A DNA stretch of 64,000 bases from the NCBI GenBank assembly GCA_013334925.1, contig JAAXWP010000003.1, positions 32,771 through 96,770 of the forward strand. The letters run 5' to 3'. Shown here piece by piece: positions 57,000-64,000 of the stretch (within the stretch, counting starts at the first letter, position 1; each line of letters starts with the position of its first letter). The stretch is from Chlorobiaceae bacterium. Its GTDB lineage: Bacteria; Bacteroidota; Chlorobiia; Chlorobiales; Chlorobiaceae. Under the pieces are notes generated by a model, which was not told the DNA's origin, did not search any database, and saw only the letters and a list, made by a program, of their open reading frames with translations. The position numbers and the translations under genes were made by a program.

Positions 57000-58073
57000 T
57001 CATCCCACCTTCTCGAGCACCTCGGCGATACGCTTTGCCGAAGTTCCATCCCATTTTTCAGGGATGAGGGTCTTTTCGGATGGCTTGTCGGAAAGGATAA
57101 CCGATGCGCGCTCCAGGATCTCCTCTTCATCGCAACCCACCAGCACGCCGGTGCCGATTTCGATGGTAGACGGACGATAGGTCGACTGACGCATCATGAG
57201 GCATGGCACGTTCATGACGGTAAGCTCCGACTCGAAACTGTCGGTATCGGTCAGCACGAAGGCCGAATCCCTGAGTACGCGGAAAAGCTCTGCCGGCTCG
57301 GGCATGCCGATGACCCGCAGGCCCGGTATGCTGCCGAACTCTTCGCCCAGCTCCCCGGCTCCGCACGGCAGCAGCACTGTCGTAGTTGCCGCGACCGCTC
57401 CGAGCACCTTGCCAAGCAGTTCGCGGTTGCTCGACGTTTCCGGACGGGTCGGAGTTTCGAGCAGCACGGTCACGAACTTTTTTGGCTCCACATCGAGCGA
57501 CTTGAGAATATCGGAGCGGTTGGCGTCGCCCATGAGCATCACGAGGCTGTCGATCGCCGTGTTTCCGACAAAGAGGATTCTCTCGTCGGCGACTCCCTCG
57601 TTTATGAGATTGTAGACACCGCTGTGCTCGCTGACAAACAGTAAAGCCGAGACGGAATCGATGATAAGGCGGTTGAGTTCCCCGGTTTCGGAACGGTCGT
57701 AGCTGCGCAGACCAGCGTCGATGCTGACGACCGGGATGCCCATACGGGTAGCCGTAAGCGTTGCCGCGACCGCCGCGTCGTCATGGCCACCGGGCACGAC
57801 GAAATCTGCGGAAAGCTCCGCGAAGAGACGCTCGAAGGCGAGCATGAGTTCCGCGGTCTCTGCAACCGGGGTTCCGGAGCCGACCGGAATACGGCGCAGG
57901 CCGTCTTCGATACCCAGAGCCGAGGCGAAGCGGGCGGTCTCGCCGTTATCCCCTTCGCGCACAGCAAGCGCAAGAACCGGTTCAACAAGGCCATTATTTT
58001 TCAGAACGGTAAAAAGAGGGGCCACTTTCAGCAACCCGTAGCGCCCCTGCGCAGTCAGCACGATTTTTTTCAC
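57000..58073 (-). CDS. UDP-N-acetylglucosamine 2-epimerase-like protein (divergent WecB family)
   Basis: Layout and blocks GGHDDAAVAATLTATRMGIPVVSIDAGLRSYDRSE..ELNRLIIDSVSALLF...FVGNTAIDSL parallel the GDT..A.ALAA....IPV.H.EAGLR...PEE.NR of WecB/MnaA. Confidence 0.7.
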   Translation of the reverse strand: MKKIVLTAQGRYGLLKVAPLFTVLKNNGLVEPVLALAVREGDNGETARFASALGIEDGLRRIPVGSGTPVAETAELMLAFERLFAELSADFVVPGGHDDAAVAATLTATRMGIPVVSIDAGLRSYDRSETGELNRLIIDSVSALLFVSEHSGVYNLINEGVADERILFVGNTAIDSLVMLMGDANRSDILKSLDVEPKKFVTVLLETPTRPETSSNRELLGKVLGAVAATTTVLLPCGAGELGEEFGSIPGLRVIGMPEPAELFRVLRDSAFVLTDTDSFESELTVMNVPCLMMRQSTYRPSTIEIGTGVLVGCDEEEILERASVILSDKPSEKTLIPEKWDGTSAKRIAEVLEKVG

Positions 58074-58128
58074 ACCCGATACCTTTTAGTACATTGAACA
58101 ACAAAACGATAATCTCTCGAGACCACCT

Positions 58129-59058
58129 ATGATGGGAAAAGGACGACTGACCATTTCGGCCATTGCATGCTTCGTGGCGCTGCTTGCCGTCCGGGCTCCC
58201 GGCCTGACAGATAATACAGCCTCCGCGGAAAAAAAGAAAACGATCCTCGAACACGCCGACACCATCGAGGGTGGAGAGACTCCGGAATCTTCCGGAAAGG
58301 TCGAACCATATCGCTCGGTCAACGGCAACGTGCTCATGCGACAGGGTAACGTCACACTCCAGTGCGACCATGCGATCGACTACCCTGAAAGCGCGAAAAT
58401 CACGCTTGAAGGCAATATCGTCATCAAGGACAACACGGTCGAAAGCTATGGCGATCATGGCATCTACTACCCGGACGAGGAGGTTGGTGAACTCGCCGGA
58501 AACGTTCGGGGACGGGTCATCAAGGACAGCCTGGTGGCAAAATCGAAAAAATCGGTCTTCAACCTGAAGACCAACGAACTATGGCTGTACGACAACGCCA
58601 TCGCCTGGCACCAGGGGCGACAGCTCAGCGGTGACATCATCCGTCTGCACATGAAAGAGGTCGAAGGAAGAAAGAAGGTCGATGAAATCCAGGTGCACGG
58701 CCACGCATTTTTTGCCGCCAGGGATACCCTCTCCTCTGCCGGCAAGCCGCTCTACGACCAGATGAGCGGAGACCACATGCTCGTCACGCTCGACGACCGG
58801 TCGCGACTGACCGGAGTCACCGTAACCTCGAAGGCCAAAAGTCTGTACCACATCTACGACGAAAAGAACCAGCCCTCCGGCGCAAACTTCACGAGCGGCG
58901 ACGTGCTGCGCATGTTTTTCAACCAGGGCAAGCTGAGCCGGATTCTGGTGACCGGCAGTTCATTGGGAAAGCAGTACCCGAACAACCTCAGGGAAGACAA
59001 GGGCATCAATCTGCCGAGCTTCCAGTGGCGTGAAAACGAAAAGCCGCTGTTCAGATAA
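58129..59058 (+). CDS. secreted OstA/LptA-like beta-jellyroll protein
   Basis: A signal peptide followed by repeated GNV.L.QG...L.CD.A....S.K.TLEGNIVIKDN patterns, reminiscent of the OstA N-terminal (LptA) domain. The assignment is tentative. Confidence 0.5.
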   Translation: MMGKGRLTISAIACFVALLAVRAPGLTDNTASAEKKKTILEHADTIEGGETPESSGKVEPYRSVNGNVLMRQGNVTLQCDHAIDYPESAKITLEGNIVIKDNTVESYGDHGIYYPDEEVGELAGNVRGRVIKDSLVAKSKKSVFNLKTNELWLYDNAIAWHQGRQLSGDIIRLHMKEVEGRKKVDEIQVHGHAFFAARDTLSSAGKPLYDQMSGDHMLVTLDDRSRLTGVTVTSKAKSLYHIYDEKNQPSGANFTSGDVLRMFFNQGKLSRILVTGSSLGKQYPNNLREDKGINLPSFQWRENEKPLFR

Positions 59059-59120
59059 AAAAAAGAAGAGGTATTTCCAAAAGAGGTGATTAGATCATTG
59101 CTCATTTGGGAACATCTTCT

Positions 59121-59237
59121 GTCATTCTGAACGAAGTGAAGAATCCAGTTTGAGGTGCCGGCGTAACCGATTAATTCAAAATATCTTCAGAGATTTCTTC
59201 TGGATTCTTCGACCGACTGCGTCGGACTCAGAATGAC
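59121..59237. repeat. MITE-like palindromic element (long copy)
   Basis: Left end GTCATTCTGAACGAAGTGAAGAATCCAG. The right end reverse-complements to GTCATTCTGAGTCCGACGCAGTCGGTCGAAGAATCCAG. Same family as 31798..31874. A solo left end GTCATTCTGAATGAA lies at 47197. Confidence 0.7.
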
Positions 59238-59265
59238 AACATAAATATACGGTCAGAGAGATTCC

Positions 59266-59307
59266 GAAATAGAAAAGGCTGCCTCACGTTGACTTATGAG
59301 ACAGCCT
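59266..59307 (-). terminator. rho-independent terminator of the FmdB-family gene
   Basis: The minus-strand RNA forms an 11-bp stem AGGCUGUCUCA / UGAGGCAGCCU with one G-U pair. The plus-strand version would have a C-A mismatch. The stem is followed by UUUUCUAUUU. Confidence 0.6.
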
Positions 59308-59345
59308 CTTCTGAGCTTCATATGGTAAAGTCCTGTTGCGCAGGG

Positions 59346-59600
59346 TCACTTCGCGAACGGGCAGCTCCCGGTAGAGCAGCCTCCGCTGGGCGCGGAACCC
59401 TTGGACGACGATTTGCTGCCGCAATAGTCGGTGCTGTAGAAACCGGACCCCTTGAGCACAAATCCGCCTTCGGCGCTGATGACCCGTTCAAAGGTCTCCT
59501 TGCCGCACTCGGTGCAGGTGGTCAGTGCGTCATCACTCATACGCTGGAAGACTTCGGTTTCGAATCCACAGCTGTTGCAGCGGTACTGATAGGTTGGCAT
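59346..59600 (-). CDS. FmdB-family zinc-ribbon protein
   Basis: [33 protein letters not shown] is the CxxC...CxxC FmdB signature. A Ser/Gly/Cys-rich tail follows. Confidence 0.85.
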   Translation of the reverse strand: MPTYQYRCNSCGFETEVFQRMSDDALTTCTECGKETFERVISAEGGFVLKGSGFYSTDYCGSKSSSKGSAPSGGCSTGSCPFAK

Positions 59601-59875
59601 ACGCTATTCCTCCGTTATGAATCTATTCTGAATTGGTAATTTTCGACGACTTGAGGCACGGACTGAAAGCTCATGGAACCTTTAAAAAGTGTCGTGAGCG
59701 AATCGAGTGCAAGACGGACGGAGCGGAGAAACCGGAGCGTACAAATAGTACGTGAGGATTGAGAGCACCGACCAACGCAGCAATCAATTCGCGGAACAGG
59801 TTTTTCAAGGTTCATTTCCGTGCGATGAAGGTTCACGTATATAAGTATATTTATTTTTAAAAAAAAGTTTCCCGG

Positions 59876-60655
59876 ATGATCGTCAAGACCCGCGCGGTGG
59901 TGCTCCGCGAAATCAAGTACAGGGACCAGTCGAAGATCTGCCTGCTCATGACCAGGGAGTTCGGACAGCTTTCCGTGATCCTGAAGGCTGTGCGCAATCC
60001 TAAAAACAAGATGAGCGGCCTGTTCTCGCCAGGCAACATCGTCGATACCGTCATCTACAAGCGAAGCACGAGGGATCTGCAGCTGACGAGCGATGCGAGC
60101 CTGGTGCTCAGCCCCCTCTCGCAGGAGCCGGACCTCGAACGTTTCGGTGTACTGTACCGGGTGCTCGACATCGTACGGCATGCTTCAGGCCCCGAAGAAA
60201 AAAATCTGCCGCTCTACACGCTGCTCCACTCGACGATCGAACGCCTCTGCGCACCGGAAGGGTTTATGCCGACGCTCGCCTGGTTCCTGCTGCACCTGGC
60301 CGGCGTTCTCGGCTTCGAGCCGTCGATCGACCGGTGCGTGTTCAGCCAGGAGGAGCTCCTGCCGGCCATCCGCTCCGGCAGCCTGACGGAGCTCCATTTC
60401 GTGCACGACCCGGGTGGCTTCGCTCTGCCCCACGCCCAGGCGGCTGTCGACAGCCTGCTGCAACCGGTTCCGGTCGAACACTACCTCCTGCTGCATGCTC
60501 TCACCCGGGGGACGGAAAACGGACCGGTACCCGAATTACCGGATACCGAAGTCGCCTCACTCTGCGACCTCCTGCAGGAGTACTGCTCGAGGCATCTGGA
60601 GCACATGCCCCACCGGAAGCACCTCGACATCGTTTCAAGGCTCATTTCAGCCTGA
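59876..60655 (+). CDS. recO: DNA repair protein RecO
   Basis: The N-terminal OB-fold pattern MIVKTRAVVLREIKYRDQSKICLLMTREFGQLSVILKAVR and the ~260-aa length are typical of RecO. Confidence 0.85.
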   Translation: MIVKTRAVVLREIKYRDQSKICLLMTREFGQLSVILKAVRNPKNKMSGLFSPGNIVDTVIYKRSTRDLQLTSDASLVLSPLSQEPDLERFGVLYRVLDIVRHASGPEEKNLPLYTLLHSTIERLCAPEGFMPTLAWFLLHLAGVLGFEPSIDRCVFSQEELLPAIRSGSLTELHFVHDPGGFALPHAQAAVDSLLQPVPVEHYLLLHALTRGTENGPVPELPDTEVASLCDLLQEYCSRHLEHMPHRKHLDIVSRLISA

Positions 60656-60758
60656 TCCACCCTGAAGTCCGCCGGCTTTCAATCTTCGGTACTATTTTCT
60701 ATCTTGACCAGATATTTTTCAGCGCTCATTTCATAACATCCTAACCGATCGATACGAC

Positions 60759-62054
60759 ATGCCTCAACTCACCAGATCTGCTGAACTCTTCGAGAAAGCA
60801 AAGAAGTTCATTCCCGGCGGCGTAAACTCTCCGGTTCGCGCCTTCAAATCCGTCGGCGGCACGCCCATCTACATGGCCAAAGGCCAGGGCGCCTATATGA
60901 CCGACGTCGACGGCAACACCTACCTGGATTATGTCGGATCTTGGGGCCCGTTCATCCTCGGCAGCATGCATCCCCGCCTGACCGCCGCGATCGAGTACAC
61001 CCTGCGCAACATCGGTACCAGCTTTGGCACCCCGATCGAACTCGAGATCGAAATCGCCGAACTGCTCTGCAAGATCGTTCCTTCGCTTGAAATGGTCCGT
61101 ATGGTCAACAGCGGTACCGAAGCAACCATGTCGGCCGTCCGCCTCGCCCGCGGTTACACTGGCAAGGATAAAATCATCAAATTCGAGGGCTGCTACCATG
61201 GCCATGGCGACAGCTTCCTCATCAAGGCAGGCTCCGGCGTGCTCACCCTCGGCGCTCCTGACAGCCCCGGCGTGACCAAAGGCACCGCCAACGACACGCT
61301 GAACGCGACTTACAATGACATCGAGTCGGTCAAAGAGCTCGTCAGCGAGAACAAGGGCCAGGTCGCAGCTATCATCATCGAGCCGGTCGCCGGCAACACG
61401 GGCGTCATCCCGGCAAAGAAAGAGTTCCTCGTCGCCCTGCGCGAGCTCTGCACCCAGGAAGGCATCGTGCTCATCTTCGACGAAGTCATGTGCGGCTTCC
61501 GCGTGGCACTCGGCGGCGCCCAGGAGTACTACGGCGTCACCCCTGACCTGACCACCATGGGCAAGATCATCGGCGGCGGCCTTCCGGTCGGCGCATTCGG
61601 CGGCAAGCGCGAAATCATGCAGAACGTCGCACCACTCGGCGCTGTCTACCAGGCAGGCACGCTCTCGGGCAACCCGCTCGCCCTGACCGCAGGCCTCGAG
61701 ACCCTGAAGATCCTCATGGAAGACAACCCGTATCCGGAACTCGAAAGGAAAGCCGCTTTCCTCGAAGCTGGTTTCAAGGCAAACATGGACAAGCTCGGCC
61801 TGAACTATGTGCAGAACCGCGTCGGCTCCATGGCCTGCCTCTTCTTCACCGAGACCCCTGTCGTGGACTACAAGAGCGCCATCACCGCCGACTCTGCCAA
61901 GTACGGCAAGTACTTCCACTCGATGCTCGACCAGGGCATCTACCTCGCCCCGTCGCAGTTCGAAGCAATGTTCACCAGCTTCGTGCACACCGACGAGGAC
62001 CTCGAGAAGACTGTCAAGGCGAACTACAACGCCCTCGTCGCCGCCCACCAGTAA
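60759..62054 (+). CDS. hemL: glutamate-1-semialdehyde 2,1-aminomutase
   Basis: GGVNSPVRAFKSVGG, FDEVMCGFR and the PLP lysine region TTMGKIIGGGLPVGAFGG. Confidence 0.95.
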   Translation: MPQLTRSAELFEKAKKFIPGGVNSPVRAFKSVGGTPIYMAKGQGAYMTDVDGNTYLDYVGSWGPFILGSMHPRLTAAIEYTLRNIGTSFGTPIELEIEIAELLCKIVPSLEMVRMVNSGTEATMSAVRLARGYTGKDKIIKFEGCYHGHGDSFLIKAGSGVLTLGAPDSPGVTKGTANDTLNATYNDIESVKELVSENKGQVAAIIIEPVAGNTGVIPAKKEFLVALRELCTQEGIVLIFDEVMCGFRVALGGAQEYYGVTPDLTTMGKIIGGGLPVGAFGGKREIMQNVAPLGAVYQAGTLSGNPLALTAGLETLKILMEDNPYPELERKAAFLEAGFKANMDKLGLNYVQNRVGSMACLFFTETPVVDYKSAITADSAKYGKYFHSMLDQGIYLAPSQFEAMFTSFVHTDEDLEKTVKANYNALVAAHQ

Positions 62055-62076
62055 TCACTGGCGCGACAGACAATAC

Positions 62077-62106
62077 AAAAGGGAGGCCCACCAGCCTCCC
62101 TTTTTG
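62077..62106 (+). terminator. rho-independent terminator after hemL
   Basis: Stem GGGAGGC / GCCTCCC (62081-62087 / 62094-62100), preceded by AAAA and followed by TTTTTGTTTT. Confidence 0.8.
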
Positions 62107-62269
62107 TTTTACCCCTGCAGATACGAAACACTCCTGCAGAAAAAGATCTTCGATTTCACCCTATACGACTTATATGAACCATAGGACCCATAGGACCCAT
62201 AAACCGAATGCCTATCCGTTTTGCAAAAAAAGCCATTTGCTCAGCACATTGAGTAAAAGCTCTCCGCAG

Positions 62270-62345
62270 AGATCGCCCTCTTCAGTAAAGCAGACAACAC
62301 CTCAATTTTGTGCATGAAGTAAAGAGCCTCCCTCAGCCATCCACG
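62270..62345. repeat. diverged third copy of the 66-bp repeat, immediately 3' of the ATPase gene
   Basis: ...CAGTAAAGCAGACAACACCTCAATTTTGTGCATGAAGTAAAGAGCCTCCCTCAGCCATCC... aligns along its length with the tandem units at 63638..63769. Confidence 0.7.
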
Positions 62346-62351
62346 CTGGCG

Positions 62352-63542
62352 CTATCTGAACAGTTCGAGTGGATCGATCTGCATGAACTCCTGCCATGGA
62401 ATACCGGAATTGCCAACCAGAAGCACCTTTTTCGGTTCGTACAATCTCTGGAACAACTCCATGCCGCCAAGCGCACGTGACCTGCTGCTTTTGATCTCAA
62501 GTCCGATAATTTCATTTCGGTACTCAAGCACAAAATCGACTTCGTGGTTGCCTTGCCTCCAGAACAGCAAATTTAAGGGGCCTGTTCGAGCATGGTTCAG
62601 AAGATACGCGCCGATAGCCGACTCCACCCATCGACCCCAAAGTTCGGGATTCGCCCTGACTTGCCCGAAGGTCAACGGTTGCTGAGCACTTTGCAGCGCC
62701 ATATTGTATACCTGAAACTTCGGGCTCGAAGCCCTGGTTCGGACCTCCTGATTGCTGAATTTTTCAAGCCCGGCAAGAAGTCCCGCCGTATCGAGCAGAT
62801 TCAGGTAATGGGCAAGCGTGGTGGTATTGCCTGCATCCTGAAGTTGACCAAGCATTTTGGTGTAAGAGAGAATCTGGCCGGAATAACTGCATCCAAGTTC
62901 GAACAATCGCTTCATGAGCGCTGGCTTGTCCACTCTGGTGAGCATGAGAATATCTCTCGATATACTCGTCTCCACCAGCGAATCAGTTATATACCTTGCC
63001 CACCGACCCTCATCGTCAATCAGAGCAGCCGCACCGGGATATCCGCCGAACCAGACATACTGTTCAGGCGTAAAACCGAATGCCTGCCGCATCTCCAGAT
63101 AAGACCAATGACCAAGAGGAATGATCTCGAAGCGCCCTGCCAGCGATTCCGTAAGGCCCTGTTGCAAGAGCAGACGGGACGAACCGAGAAGGATGACTTT
63201 GATATTCCTCTCGCTGGCAGTATCGGCATCCCACTCTTTCTTGACTGTTTCGCCCCAGTTGCCGATTTTCTGGATTTCATCGATAACGAGGATAGCCTCT
63301 TGCGCATCACTTCCGGAGAGCTTGAGGCGGGCGACCTCCCACTGCTGGCTGATCCAGCTTGATTGGCCCGCCGGAACAAGATCGGCAGCCGCAAAATGAA
63401 CCGGAATCCGGCACTGCTCGATATACTGCCGGACAAGTGTCGTTTTGCCCACCTGTCGCGGGCCAGCGATCACCTGAATGAACCGGCGAGGCTCTTCTCC
63501 GATCCGTTTTGCCAGAATACCTTTTTGAGAGCGTTCGATCAT
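62352..63542 (-). CDS. AAA+ ATPase of the COG1373 / DUF4143 type
   Basis: Walker A IAGPRQVGKTTL and Walker B ILVIDEIQK. The C-terminal half is of the DUF4143 type with a restriction-endonuclease-like tail (EVDFVLE). Confidence 0.85.
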   Translation of the reverse strand: MIERSQKGILAKRIGEEPRRFIQVIAGPRQVGKTTLVRQYIEQCRIPVHFAAADLVPAGQSSWISQQWEVARLKLSGSDAQEAILVIDEIQKIGNWGETVKKEWDADTASERNIKVILLGSSRLLLQQGLTESLAGRFEIIPLGHWSYLEMRQAFGFTPEQYVWFGGYPGAAALIDDEGRWARYITDSLVETSISRDILMLTRVDKPALMKRLFELGCSYSGQILSYTKMLGQLQDAGNTTTLAHYLNLLDTAGLLAGLEKFSNQEVRTRASSPKFQVYNMALQSAQQPLTFGQVRANPELWGRWVESAIGAYLLNHARTGPLNLLFWRQGNHEVDFVLEYRNEIIGLEIKSSRSRALGGMELFQRLYEPKKVLLVGNSGIPWQEFMQIDPLELFR

Positions 63543-63637
63543 GCCGTCATTTCCTTTTTCAATTGAGTAAATTTACTCAATACGCCGAGCAAAAAGAAAC
63601 ACTACAGCAAGAACAATGGTCAGCGCCACAGAACGCA

Positions 63638-63780
63638 CCTTTATCAGAAAAGCAGCCTACTCCTCTGTTTTGTGCATGAAGTGAATAGCGTCACTCAACC
63701 ACCCCTTTATCAGAAAAGCAGCCTGCTCCTCTGTTTTGTGCATGAAGTAAACAGCGTCACTCAACCACCCTCAACCACCC
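63638..63780. repeat. 66-bp tandem direct repeat (2 units plus an extra 10-bp TCAACCACCC)
   Basis: Units at 63638-63703 and 63704-63769 differ at a few positions. The core is CAGAAAAGCAGCCT.CTCCTCTGTTTTGTGCATGAAGT.AA.AGCGTCACTCAACCACCC. Confidence 0.8.
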
Positions 63781-63845
63781 CTATCGGGTATACCACACAT
63801 CTAAAAGCCAACAACATACCCGAGCGGGTATACGATCAGTCATTG

Positions 63846-64000
63846 TCAGGCGGCGGTGTGAAGCGACACCCAAACGGTGTACACGATACCGGCAACGTAG
63901 AGGCCGCCAAAAACATGTTTGTTATAGCGGGCGAGCCAGAGCGGCAGATAGATATCGAAGTTGTCCTGGCGGTCTGAAGTGTATCGCCCGGCCACATCAG
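63846..64000 (-). CDS. C-terminal end of a membrane protein gene (5' part outside the window)
   Basis: Hand translation of the minus strand gives ...DVAGRYTSDRQDNFDIYLPLWLARYNKHVFGGLYVAGIVYTVWVSLHTAA*, with the stop at 63848-63846. It is protein-like with a terminal TM helix. It is absent from the ORF track because it has no start in the window. Confidence 0.5.
   Translation of the reverse strand, partial: DVAGRYTSDRQDNFDIYLPLWLARYNKHVFGGLYVAGIVYTVWVSLHTAA

Noticed and set aside
60741-62048. 435-aa minus-strand ORF
   Set aside because: It lies antisense to hemL, whose plus-strand frame has all the aminomutase motifs. The composition (Gly/Ala/Asp/Val/Glu-rich with no motifs) indicates a shadow ORF.
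63638-63780. Tandem repeat considered as a CRISPR array
   Set aside because: There are only two directly abutting 66-bp units with no spacers. The unit is longer than CRISPR repeats, and no cas genes are in the window.

Overview
This 64-kb segment reads as chromosomal DNA from a green sulfur bacterium (Chlorobiaceae-like). It carries three chlorosome protein genes: CsmB-type (1491-1718), CsmA/CsmE-type (9572-9829) and CsmC/CsmD-type (9995-10402). They sit among housekeeping genes: kup, rsgA, mnmE, mazG, prfB with its +1 frameshift, recO, hemL, TreS-Mak plus GlgE, a peptidoglycan-salvage cluster, and a type III P-type ATPase. I call about 58 protein-coding genes, two to four gene remnants, several intrinsic terminators and four repeat families. 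I saw no rRNA, tRNA or CRISPR array. The accessory part lies at about 28.3-37.6 kb. It holds an ESPR-type autotransporter, a ~950-bp AT-rich spacer with a MITE-like palindrome, and a bacterial PARG-type macrodomain gene whose ATG overlaps the stop of a decayed Fic gene. It also holds a strongly AT-rich island (about 33.9-37.6 kb). The only intact genes in that island are a tightly coupled pair: a ParB/Srx-fold protein with a long low-complexity linker and an unassigned C-terminal domain, followed 1 nt later by a Dam-family N6-adenine methyltransferase. No endonuclease, ATPase, ParA or integrase lies nearby. This pair is my best candidate for an undescribed two-gene restriction-modification-like or defence system. 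Other notable points are a 66-bp repeat that brackets an AAA+ ATPase gene and reads as conserved peptide sequence, a structured leader or sRNA candidate upstream of an ArsA-like gene, and a fungal Mtd1-like methylene-THF dehydrogenase. All functional calls rest on motif recognition by eye and from memory. No database search was run.
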